42,271 nt of DNA from Candidatus Aenigmatarchaeota archaeon (GCA_016202865.1 JACQNV010000010.1:1-42271); one strand, 5' to 3'. Counted from the stretch's first letter, positions 31,042-39,010 are shown. Notes: generated by a model from the letters alone, not told the origin. Made by a program: numbers and translations.

Positions 31042-33969
31042 ATGAAACCAATCGTATTGTTGGTTCTGGTAGCCTTAGTAATACTTGCAGCTGTTCCTCT
31101 GGGTCTCGCATTTACAACAAATCCGTCAACAGCCACAGACAGCAATCCAAGAGTCACATGCAATCAGGTTGAGTGTGTATTGGTGTGGTTAAGGTCCAGC
31201 TCTTCTGTGGATGTATACTATCAGCGCCTTGATCATAGCGGCAATACGATAGGCAGCGAAAGCAGGCTGACAACTGGCCTAAATGTACCAGCGTTCTCTG
31301 TTTCAGCCGGTCAAGACAGCTTCCTGATAACATGGTCAGATACAAATTCAAGAATATTGGACGGTAGAATAGTTGACAAATCTGGAAATGTAAGGCAGCC
31401 AGCCATAAACACACCAACAGTATACGGGACAGTAGCATCTGCTTACGATTCCTTAAATAACAGATATATCATAATCTACGATGGCATCGATTTAACCAAT
31501 ACAAGTTCTGATTTGTTCTATGTCCTCGTTGATGCCGGCTCAAACCAGATTGTCTCAAGGAACAGGCTTTTCTATACAAACACAAACGAGCTCCCTGCCT
31601 CCATAACCTTCGACAAAACATATGGCCATTATGTATTATCCTACATAAACTACACCACAAACACCCAAATAAGAATGGCAGCTTTGGACACACAAGCATC
31701 TAGAATAGTAAAACAAGGAACTCAAACACCAATAGACATAGAGGTTGCCACAGTGCCTGGACTAACAGGCGGCCTAATATCCTATAATGATATTGACAAA
31801 AACTTTTTGGTCTCCTGGCAAGATAACTCTGTTGGCCAAGGCGATATATTTGGCCAGCTGGTAAATACAGTAATCACAATACCATCGAACAGAATAAATG
31901 ATCTCGTGCTTTCTGGTTCAAGAATATCTATAAGCACAGATCCAAACTCACAGCTATTATATGGCGCTCATTTTAACAGACAGGAGTCGAAGCATGTAGT
32001 TGCATGGTACACAAACAAGCTGGCCTCACCTGGTTATGGAGTCTATGTCCAGATGCTTGATAAGAACGGCGCAAAACTGATCACCGATACAAAGTTGGTG
32101 GCTACAGGATCAAGTGGATCTGAAACAGACATATTTTTTGATGATTCCACTCTGAAATATCTAGTCCCAGCAAGGACAGCACAGAACACAATAACACTAA
32201 ATTATTTCGGTACAAACCTTGCCACTGCAAATCCAAATACTTTTGTAGCTCCCAGAAACGCTGCAACAAAAAAATTCACACCAACAAACCTCGTGACAAG
32301 CCAGCCAATAGCAGACGGATCAAAAGGATTTAACACAATTCCACTTAGTTTTACCAATGAAACCTTGGGGCCAAGGCTTATAGTTGACGGCCTTTTCAAT
32401 CAAGGTAGCGTAGATGTTGGAGACATCCTTATAGAAGCAACAAGCAATGCTACAGCAGTAAACCTCGTTGCAGCCAGAAACATTGGAACCAAACATACAC
32501 TAAGCGTCCCTAATAACAATGCTGGCGGCGGTGTAAGAGTCTGTCCCCAAGCAACAACAGTGGCAGGCGTTGTAGATAACTGCCCCGGAGAAATAGAGCT
32601 TTCAACTGTGCCATTCAATCACACATCCGGAATATCAGTCTCCTTCGGAACTTTCAAAACACAAAACGATATTTACCTTGTAAGCGGTTTGAACAGCACA
32701 GGCATTGGTTTGCTAACAGGTGGTCCAGGACCATCACCATCTCCGTCACCTTCCCCATCACCAGGCGGGTCTCAAACACAAGCAACACTTTATACAAATC
32801 ACACAGTCCAAAACGGTTCAGTAGAATTCAAAGCAAGCTACACATACAATTTCAGCGGCACATTCATTCCAATAGCCAATCCAACATGCACAATAGTATT
32901 CGGTGATATCGCAGGAACATTCCCGATGACATATACGCCTTCCCTTGGTGGTGCGATTAACTTATACACAAGGCCGTTCACAGCTTCTGCTGCATCAACC
33001 TACACAGTGACTTGCTCTCACTCAAATTACACAACTGAGACATCACAATCCAATTTCACAATACAAGTAACTGGTGGTCTCGACATCCCACCAATAGATG
33101 TTCAAGCAATATCCCCAATAAATGGAAAACTATTCAATAATACAGGTGATGTCGAATTCATATGTAGCGCCAAAGATGACAACGGACTAAACTCCTTCAA
33201 ACTATCAACAAGCATACCTGGTGGAATAGACAGGACAAACCAAGTTGCAGGAAAACAAAACCAGACATCTTGGATCCTAAGAAACATACCGAGGGGAAAT
33301 TATACATGGACATGCGAAGCTGAAGACAGTTCGGGCCAGAAAATAAAAAGCGCACAAAGGTCATTTTCTATCGATTTCACATCTAGTGTTGTGACAACAT
33401 GCCGTGAAAACTGGGATTGCCTTCCTTCTGATTTCTCTTCAATCACATGCCCGATTGACGGAATTAAGAAAAGGGTTTGTGTAGATAAAAATAGCTGTAA
33501 CAACGCTGTCCCATTAGTTTCAAAACCAGATACAGAGCGCTGTATTTCTGCTGGAGGAGCAGTTTGTCGAGAAGATTGGGATTGTATACCTGTTGGTCCT
33601 TGTACAAATGGCAAACAAGCTTTAACATGCACAGACAAAAATAACTGTTCAAACCCAACGCCAGTTATTCCAAAATCAACATCAAAAGCATGCGGCGCGC
33701 AAACAGGGGCTCCGGGAACCACAAGCGGCGGCGACCTTTTATCAAACCCGCTCATACTTGTTTTAATAATCGCAATAGTTGTCCTGGCTGTCCTGTTCTT
33801 TGTGATAAGAAAAAGGAAGAAATCAAAAACAGGTGAAGAGGAGACAGAGGAGGATGAATATGCAGACGAGGAAGACGAGCTAAGAGAGCCTGCAGAAGGC
33901 GAATACACAGACGAAAACCAAGGAGATGATCAGGGCGAACAAAGCGGCGAAGATGAAGAAGAGAAGTAG
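31042..33969 (+). CDS. Large surface protein: signal peptide, repeated W-motif beta-blades, (PS)n linker, Ig-like region, two Cys-rich modules, TM anchor, long acidic tail (975 aa)
   Basis: Signal MKPIVLLVLVALVILAAVPLGLA. Recurrent strands ECVLVWLRS / DSFLITWSD / NRYIIIYDG / GHYVLSYIN / NFLVSWQD / KHVVAWYT at about 50-60-aa spacing. GPGPSPSPSPSPSPGG. CRENWDCLPSDFSSITCPIDGIKKRVCVDKNSCNN and CREDWDCIPVGPCTNGKQALTCTDKNNCSN. TM LILVLIIAIVVLAVLFFVI, followed by a tail rich in E/D/Y. Confidence 0.85.
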   Translation: MKPIVLLVLVALVILAAVPLGLAFTTNPSTATDSNPRVTCNQVECVLVWLRSSSSVDVYYQRLDHSGNTIGSESRLTTGLNVPAFSVSAGQDSFLITWSDTNSRILDGRIVDKSGNVRQPAINTPTVYGTVASAYDSLNNRYIIIYDGIDLTNTSSDLFYVLVDAGSNQIVSRNRLFYTNTNELPASITFDKTYGHYVLSYINYTTNTQIRMAALDTQASRIVKQGTQTPIDIEVATVPGLTGGLISYNDIDKNFLVSWQDNSVGQGDIFGQLVNTVITIPSNRINDLVLSGSRISISTDPNSQLLYGAHFNRQESKHVVAWYTNKLASPGYGVYVQMLDKNGAKLITDTKLVATGSSGSETDIFFDDSTLKYLVPARTAQNTITLNYFGTNLATANPNTFVAPRNAATKKFTPTNLVTSQPIADGSKGFNTIPLSFTNETLGPRLIVDGLFNQGSVDVGDILIEATSNATAVNLVAARNIGTKHTLSVPNNNAGGGVRVCPQATTVAGVVDNCPGEIELSTVPFNHTSGISVSFGTFKTQNDIYLVSGLNSTGIGLLTGGPGPSPSPSPSPSPGGSQTQATLYTNHTVQNGSVEFKASYTYNFSGTFIPIANPTCTIVFGDIAGTFPMTYTPSLGGAINLYTRPFTASAASTYTVTCSHSNYTTETSQSNFTIQVTGGLDIPPIDVQAISPINGKLFNNTGDVEFICSAKDDNGLNSFKLSTSIPGGIDRTNQVAGKQNQTSWILRNIPRGNYTWTCEAEDSSGQKIKSAQRSFSIDFTSSVVTTCRENWDCLPSDFSSITCPIDGIKKRVCVDKNSCNNAVPLVSKPDTERCISAGGAVCREDWDCIPVGPCTNGKQALTCTDKNNCSNPTPVIPKSTSKACGAQTGAPGTTSGGDLLSNPLILVLIIAIVVLAVLFFVIRKRKKSKTGEEETEEDEYADEEDELREPAEGEYTDENQGDDQGEQSGEDEEEK
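32725..32763 (+). repeat. Imperfect hexanucleotide (Pro-Ser)n coding repeat
   Basis: cca gga cca tca cca tct ccg tca cct tcc cca tca cca encodes PGPSPSPSPSPSP, an interdomain linker. Confidence 0.8.
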
Positions 33970-33984
33970 CTAATTTTGTATTAT

Positions 33985-34200
33985 ATGCCAAAAAACATAA
34001 GGTGTACATATCACGCAATAAAAAGAAAACTAGAAAGAGATATAAGTGATGAAGAAATTAACCAAACACTAGCTTCCCCAGATTATACAATATCCTCAAT
34101 AGAGGAGAGAAAAATAGCTGTAAAACAAGCAGGTTCAAGAACACTCCGTGTGGTTTATAAAGAGGAGAAAGAAAACATAATTATAATAACCGTATACTAG
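33985..34200 (+). CDS. DUF4258-family putative toxin (71 aa from ATG)
   Basis: CTYHAIKRKLERDISDEEI matches the DUF4258 signature (.HA..R..ER.I...E.). The track start at 33976 is TTG; the ATG is at 33985. Confidence 0.65.
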   Translation: MPKNIRCTYHAIKRKLERDISDEEINQTLASPDYTISSIEERKIAVKQAGSRTLRVVYKEEKENIIIITVY

Positions 34201-34207
34201 AGATACT

Positions 34208-34414
34208 ATGAAAGTCACATATGACAAAGAGGCAGATGCTGCCTTTATTTACTTGAAAGAGAAGATAGAGAAAGGCGAAGTCAAAAATACAATTTCAATG
34301 AATGACAACATAATACTGGATTTTGATTCAAACAAAAAGCTAATAGGCATCGAAATCCTTTCTGCAAGCAAAGTCATTCCAAAAAACACAGTTTCTCAAA
34401 TGGAAATCGCATAA
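34208..34414 (+). CDS. DUF2283-family putative antitoxin
   Basis: MKVTYDKEADAAFIYL ... NIILDFDSNKKLIGIEIL is the typical DUF2283 pattern (YD.E.D..YI.L ... D.D..G.L.GIEIL). It lies 7 nt downstream of the DUF4258 gene. Confidence 0.7.
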   Translation: MKVTYDKEADAAFIYLKEKIEKGEVKNTISMNDNIILDFDSNKKLIGIEILSASKVIPKNTVSQMEIA

Positions 34415-34444
34415 TTCCTCCATACTTAAAATCAATCAAATTTT

Positions 34445-34894
34445 ATGAATCCTAAATTCCAGTCTTCTGTTAGAAAAGCCATGGAAAGCGACCTGAAGCC
34501 TATTTCTGAAATATTTAGAAGCGAGTCATCCAAAAAACCCTACTCCCAAAAATGGACAGAGCAGACAGCATTTGAAAAGGTCAAGGAGCTTTTTGAGAAA
34601 GGCCACATATACATCGCTTTAGTTAATGGAGAAGTTGTTGGCTTCATTTCTCTAACCACCAGTTTATGGGAACAGTCTAAATGCGCTCTTATTGAAGAGT
34701 TGTGGGTAAAATCTGGTCACCAGAGAAAAGGCATTGGAAGACTTCTGGTATGGTTTGCTGAAACCAAATGCAAAGAAAATGACATCAATTCAATCTTCAC
34801 AATTTCCAACAAAAAATCAGCAGCATTCAAGTTCTACAAAAAACAGAAATACAAGCTCTACAGTAATCATGTTTTGATGGGAAAGAAATTGTGA
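34445..34894 (+). CDS. GNAT-family N-acetyltransferase
   Basis: VVGFISL.. followed by ELWVKSGHQRKGIGRLLV (motif A, Q/R-x-x-G-x-G/A). 149 aa. Confidence 0.8.
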   Translation: MNPKFQSSVRKAMESDLKPISEIFRSESSKKPYSQKWTEQTAFEKVKELFEKGHIYIALVNGEVVGFISLTTSLWEQSKCALIEELWVKSGHQRKGIGRLLVWFAETKCKENDINSIFTISNKKSAAFKFYKKQKYKLYSNHVLMGKKL

Positions 34895-34940
34895 TTGGTT
34901 TAACAATTAGTCTAAAAACTAACAAATGTGTGGGTAGCTA

Positions 34941-34953
34941 AGAAAAAAAGAAA
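34941..34953 (-). terminator. Oligo-T terminator candidate after the stalk-protein operon
   Basis: The minus strand reads GCTAAG-GGTTTCTTTTTTTCT-TAGC. This is a T7-containing T-rich run embedded in a short inverted repeat, 11-23 nt past the P1 stop. Confidence 0.4.
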
Positions 34954-34963
34954 CCCTTAGCCT

Positions 34964-35263
34964 TTAACCAAACAAACCTGCGAGACCGGATGCTGCTTCT
35001 TCTGCTTTCTTTCCGTCGTCTTCTTTTTTCTCTTCTTTCTTCACTTCTGCTCCGCCACTTGCTGCTGGTGCTGCGGCAGCTGCTGTTATTACAGATTGTT
35101 TTATAGCCTCGTCTATGTTTACATCTTTTAGGCTTGAAACAAGGGCTTTAACTCTTGCTTCATCTGTCTGTGTGCCTGCTGCGTCCAATACCTTCTTTAC
35201 TCCGCCTTCGTCTACTGGTTTTCCAGCGCTGTGCAGGAGAAGAGCTGCGTATACTTCTTGCAT
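34964..35263 (-). CDS. rpl12: 50S ribosomal stalk protein P1 (L12e)
   Basis: MQEVYAALLLHSAGKPV N-terminus, Ala-rich hinge, KKEEKKEDDGKK, C-terminal GLAGLFG. The track start (35275) is TTG; the ATG is at 35263. Confidence 0.9.
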   Translation of the reverse strand: MQEVYAALLLHSAGKPVDEGGVKKVLDAAGTQTDEARVKALVSSLKDVNIDEAIKQSVITAAAAAPAASGGAEVKKEEKKEDDGKKAEEAASGLAGLFG

Positions 35264-35328
35264 ATAGGGAACCAAGGTTCCTCTAACCCTCCTTTATGTT
35301 TACTTTTCGGGTCAGATTAACTGTGTTC

Positions 35329-36171
35329 TTACACCTCCATTTTTACTTTGGATTGTAATGTCTGCATCTCTGCATTTGCTTTTTGCAGCAAATATTTGAT
35401 GCTTTCTGGCGTCATTATCTTTCCATTTACAGCCAGATTCAAAGCCTTTTTGTATGCTTGTGATATGAATATCTTGACATTGTCCTTTGCAACAAATTCT
35501 ATACCTACTGATAGATTCAAAGCATTTAAATATGCTGCCTTCAGATCATCCAAATATTTTTCTCTTGGTATGAACAGGATGTCCTTTTTGTATATTGTGC
35601 CGGCATCTAAAACAGCCAACAAATCTAAACCAATTTCCATCGGTTCTATTGCCAACTTAGCTAATGCATCTGCAACTTCTTTGCTTATTTTTTCACCAGC
35701 CCTCACAATAACCGTGTCCTTTTTGATTGCTATTTTTCCGCCCTCGACAGAAGCCGGCAACCCCGCCTTCTGCAATTCACCAATCGCAGGGCCTGCTGGC
35801 AAGCTTGTTGGTCCAGCTGGAATCATGATGTCAGAAGGAGCTATATCACCTGCTTTTGCAGCTGCCTTGGATTTTGAAGCAGTTATAATAGCAGCCAAAT
35901 CAAAAGGATTTTGATCACTAAACAAGAGGGCTGGCTGATCCTTCAAAAGAGCTTCCAACCTTTCAATACCCTGTTTTTTTGCGCCTTTCAAAGCAAGCAA
36001 AATCAAACTTTTTTTTGCAACCTTAACTTTAGCCTTGCCTTTAAGTTTTTCTTTAATCGAAAACAGCTGCCTTCCCGGGAGCTTATGCATATTTACAATC
36101 CCCACAATCTGCTGCTTCTCAATCAGCGCCTTTAATTCTTTCACTGTCTCTTGTTTTTTAGTTGATACCAT
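35329..36171 (-). CDS. rplP0: 50S ribosomal protein uL10 (P0), short form lacking the acidic C-terminal tail
   Basis: Its position between L1 and P1 and the uL10-like N-terminal domain (VGIVNMHKLPGRQLFSIKEKLKGKAKVKVAKKSL). 280 aa; ends ..QSKVKMEV with no hinge or GLxxLFG peptide. Confidence 0.85.
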   Translation of the reverse strand: MVSTKKQETVKELKALIEKQQIVGIVNMHKLPGRQLFSIKEKLKGKAKVKVAKKSLILLALKGAKKQGIERLEALLKDQPALLFSDQNPFDLAAIITASKSKAAAKAGDIAPSDIMIPAGPTSLPAGPAIGELQKAGLPASVEGGKIAIKKDTVIVRAGEKISKEVADALAKLAIEPMEIGLDLLAVLDAGTIYKKDILFIPREKYLDDLKAAYLNALNLSVGIEFVAKDNVKIFISQAYKKALNLAVNGKIMTPESIKYLLQKANAEMQTLQSKVKMEV

Positions 36172-36219
36172 GCACTTCTTTCTATGCAGTTGTCTAAAAG
36201 ACCTGCACTAGAAAACCTC

Positions 36220-36861
36220 CTACAATTTCAACGGCAACTTGATTGCCGGCCCCATTGTCAATTTGATATATACTGCCTTTATGTTGTTCCTGCCCTTTGG
36301 TAATTTTTCTTTCACAAAGTTTACCAAAGCGTTCGCATTGGCCTCTATCTTTTTGTCATCCATATCCTCTGAGCCCACGATTGTGTGGATAACTGGTGTT
36401 GTGGTCACCCTAATTTTGATCGTCTTTCTTGCCACATCTGTGAAAGCTTTTATGTTTGCATTTGGAGGGACAGGTTTAGGCATCTTTCCTAGTGGACCCA
36501 AAACTTGACCTAAAGTCTTACCAATCAAAGGCATCAAAGAAATTTCACCGAAAAATGAGTCATATTCCCTTGCTAAAGTTTTCAGTTTTTTAACATCCTT
36601 AGATAAAGCATCTATCTCCTCCTTTCTTATAAGAAGGTCAACAACATCTTTAGCAGCTGCTGTCAAAGAATCTGCAATTAAGGCGACCTTTATCGATTTC
36701 CCCCTGCCTTCTGGAAGCAAAAAATCCAAATTCAGCCTGTTTTCAGGCTTCTTCAAATCTATTCCAGCCAAGCTAACAACAAGATCAAAAGTCTGGGAGA
36801 ATTTCCTTTTCTTTGCCTTTTCCCTAGCTTCTTTTATTTTAGTTAAAATCTCTTCTGCCAT
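36220..36861 (-). CDS. rpl1: 50S ribosomal protein uL1
   Basis: KRKFSQTFDLVVSL..IDLKKPENR, GKMPKP and VIHTIVG are typical uL1 segments. ATG at 36861 (MAEEIL). Confidence 0.9.
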   Translation of the reverse strand: MAEEILTKIKEAREKAKKRKFSQTFDLVVSLAGIDLKKPENRLNLDFLLPEGRGKSIKVALIADSLTAAAKDVVDLLIRKEEIDALSKDVKKLKTLAREYDSFFGEISLMPLIGKTLGQVLGPLGKMPKPVPPNANIKAFTDVARKTIKIRVTTTPVIHTIVGSEDMDDKKIEANANALVNFVKEKLPKGRNNIKAVYIKLTMGPAIKLPLKL

Positions 36862-37016
36862 ATGCGACAAAACCGTGTATCAACCTGTTCAAGTCTCCTA
36901 CCTAAGTAGTGAGCAGTTATTCTAAGAATTGCAAGTGAAGATATTTAAAGGTTTGTATGGGCCGAGGTTTGCACTTTAACTCTTAAACTTTTAGTATTAG
37001 AAAGCGAATATAATGC

Positions 37017-37766
37017 ATGTCTTCTGAAGAGAAAGCTAAAAAAGTATCTGTAGACCAAATAACACAGCTTAATATACAATTGGATGAATTTCGACAGCAC
37101 AATTTAAGACAGTTAGAGAACGTAAGAAAGAATATATTTGGTGCTCTTATAGATAACTGGCATCATCAATTTAGTATATTATCAGAAAGAGTAAAGGAGT
37201 TTAAAAAGTATCAGTCTAGATTAAAAAAATCTCGAGATAAATGGATTTTTCATGATGACTTACCTATAAGTGTGATTACCCTATATGATATTAATGAAAA
37301 GAAGTTTATCAATCCTATTAAAACTAAAGATGATTGTGATGAGTTATTAGAACTCTATGCAACAAACAAATATTTTTTACCTCATAATATTATATTAAAA
37401 GAGGCCTTATACGCCCATTCAAACAAAAACTATATTGTTTCAATTCCTCTTCTCCTAACACAAATAGATGGTATTTACTTTACATATGCTAAAAGAAAGA
37501 AAACGGTTTACCAAAACAAGTATATCAAGGGTGTTCAGGACTCTAATAGTCAAGCCAATTTCAAAAATCTAGAAAAACATCTAAATCTTGTATCAAAAGA
37601 ATTTTTAGAGTTTATTGATAAAAAAGTTGGTGTAAGAGCCAAAAAACATACACTTTGGACTTATAGAAATGATGTTCTTCATGGAAAAAGAACCAATTAT
37701 GCAGAAGAACAGTGGTCAACAAAATTGTTGTTTATACTAAGACTATTACATGTGGCATTAAAATAA
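37017..37766 (+). CDS. Hypothetical AT-rich gene with a C-terminal HEPN-like R-N-x-x-x-H motif (candidate Abi/HEPN RNase), 249 aa
   Basis: WTYRNDVLHGKR (motif codons 37665-37682) fits the Rx4H HEPN signature in its common RNxxxH form. The predicted protein is helical. About 30 % GC by hand count of one 60-nt line, lower than its neighbours. Confidence 0.6.
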   Translation: MSSEEKAKKVSVDQITQLNIQLDEFRQHNLRQLENVRKNIFGALIDNWHHQFSILSERVKEFKKYQSRLKKSRDKWIFHDDLPISVITLYDINEKKFINPIKTKDDCDELLELYATNKYFLPHNIILKEALYAHSNKNYIVSIPLLLTQIDGIYFTYAKRKKTVYQNKYIKGVQDSNSQANFKNLEKHLNLVSKEFLEFIDKKVGVRAKKHTLWTYRNDVLHGKRTNYAEEQWSTKLLFILRLLHVALK

Positions 37767-37776
37767 TAATATACTT

Positions 37777-37848
37777 TTATTGAAATATACTTAGTAGAAA
37801 AATAGCTATACTAAATACTATAGCACCGGCATATGCAACTTCTTTCAT
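37777..37848 (-). CDS. Candidate 23-aa hydrophobic peptide with strong Shine-Dalgarno
   Basis: My own translation is MKEVAYAGAIVFSIAIFLLSIFQ*. AGGTGAT lies 4 nt upstream of the ATG and is complementary to the archaeal 16S 3' end. It converges on the HEPN-motif gene. Confidence 0.3.
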   Translation of the reverse strand: MKEVAYAGAIVFSIAIFLLSIFQ

Positions 37849-37931
37849 AGAATCACCTGATTGTACTATTTATTGGGGGCTTTTAAAGTTACTTACTAAT
37901 CATTATTCGGATTTTTTAACGCTTAAAGCGC

Positions 37932-37939
37932 ATATAAAT
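37932..37939 (+). promoter_or_regulatory. Putative TATA box for the asparaginase gene
   Basis: ATATAAAT is centred about 24 nt upstream of the ATG at 37960. Confidence 0.3.
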
Positions 37940-37959
37940 CCTAGTCCCAATTCTACTCT

Positions 37960-38999
37960 ATGGAAAAGAAGAAAATCCTGATTATTGGTTTCGGTGGAAC
38001 AATAGCGATGGTAGTGGACACAAAAAGGAAGGCTTTGGTTCCAGCCAAAAACATCCACGAAATAATAGAAATGGTCCCGCAGATAAAGGACTTGGCTGAT
38101 GTTGATTTTGTCGACTTGGAAAACTTGGACAGCACAAACATCAATCCTCACCACTGGACAAAGCTAGCCCTTTTCGTATCTGATAACATGAATAAGTACG
38201 ATGGTTTTGTGATTACCCATGGAACAAATACAATGTCTTATACAGCTTCTGCTCTCTCCTTAGCTCTTGGAAGAGGACTGAAGAAACCAGTTGTTATAAC
38301 AGGATCCCAATTACCTTTGATATCAATTGGAACAGACGCAAAGTTCAACCTTGAAAATTCAGTCAAAACAGTTTTAACTGCAATAGATAAGAAAATAGCA
38401 GAAGTCGTGGTTGTGTTTTCAGATGTTGTTCTCAGAGGCTCGAGGACAGTAAAAATAAGCGAGTCAGATTTCAAGGCCTTTGATTCTCCTGCAGTTGACC
38501 CAATTGCCAGAATAAGGTCTACGGGAATATTCTTCTCAAAAGACGCTTTCAGAATAGATGACAGCATTCCCTTTGACTGCAATCCACATTTTGACGCAGG
38601 CGTACTTGCAGGTGATCTAACACCAGGTCAATCACCTTCACTGATTAGAGAAGTTTTAAAATCTGGAGCATGTAAAGGCGTCATCTTAAAATCGCATGGA
38701 GCAGGCTCTGTACCAAGCCAAGGTGAATACAATTTCTTACCTTTAATTCGCGATTCTGTTTACACATACAAAATCCCGATGCTTGTCTCAACCAAATTCT
38801 TGGGCGGCAATTCTTACAAAGAAGTAAATGACGAGCCTGCTGTTGAAGCCATAGAAGCAGGAGCCATAACACAGGTGATATGACAGATGTAATGACAGAA
38901 GTTAAGTTAATGTGGTTGCTGAGAAAAGGCTTCAAGACGAAAGAAGAACTTGCAAACGAGATAAAAAGAAGCTATGTTGGTGAAGTGACGCCGTTTTAA
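37960..38999 (+). pseudogene. Type I L-asparaginase, interrupted by a 1-nt frameshift near 38870-38874
   Basis: ILIIGFGGTIAM, HGTNTMSYTA. Frame 1 ends ..EAGAITQVI* at 38883. The conserved C-terminus continues in another frame from 38874 as GDMTDVMTEVKLMWLLRKGFKTKEELANEIKRSYVGEVTPF* (compare E. coli AnsA ..AGVISGADMTVEATLTKLHYLL....NLRGELTP..). Confidence 0.75.
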
Positions 39000-39001
39000 A
39001 A
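38977..39001 (+). repeat. Direct repeat, left copy (covers the last codons of the asparaginase)
   Basis: TTGGTGAAGTGACGCCGTTTTAAAA versus 40057-40081 TTGGCGAAGTCACGCCGTTTTGAAA: 22/25 identical, exactly 1080 nt apart. Confidence 0.8.
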
Positions 39002-39010
39002 ACAACAAGT

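Noticed and set aside
33300-33908. A 202-aa antisense ORF inside the 975-aa surface gene. Similar long antisense or alternate-frame ORFs occur at 35348..35914, 15427..15957, 4199..4615, 36239..36508 and 40502..40771.
   Set aside because: They lie wholly within well-supported genes on the other strand or in another frame. Their translations are low-complexity or non-protein-like. Two of them merely mirror the palindromic element (AGNRSADLFRP / SAGNRPADLFRP).
36975-37928. TTTAACTCTTAAAC (36975-36988) and TTTAACGCTTAAAG (37915-37928) as direct repeats flanking the HEPN-motif gene.
   Set aside because: It is only 12/14 identity in very AT-rich intergenic DNA, which is well within chance expectation. 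There is no further flanking similarity.
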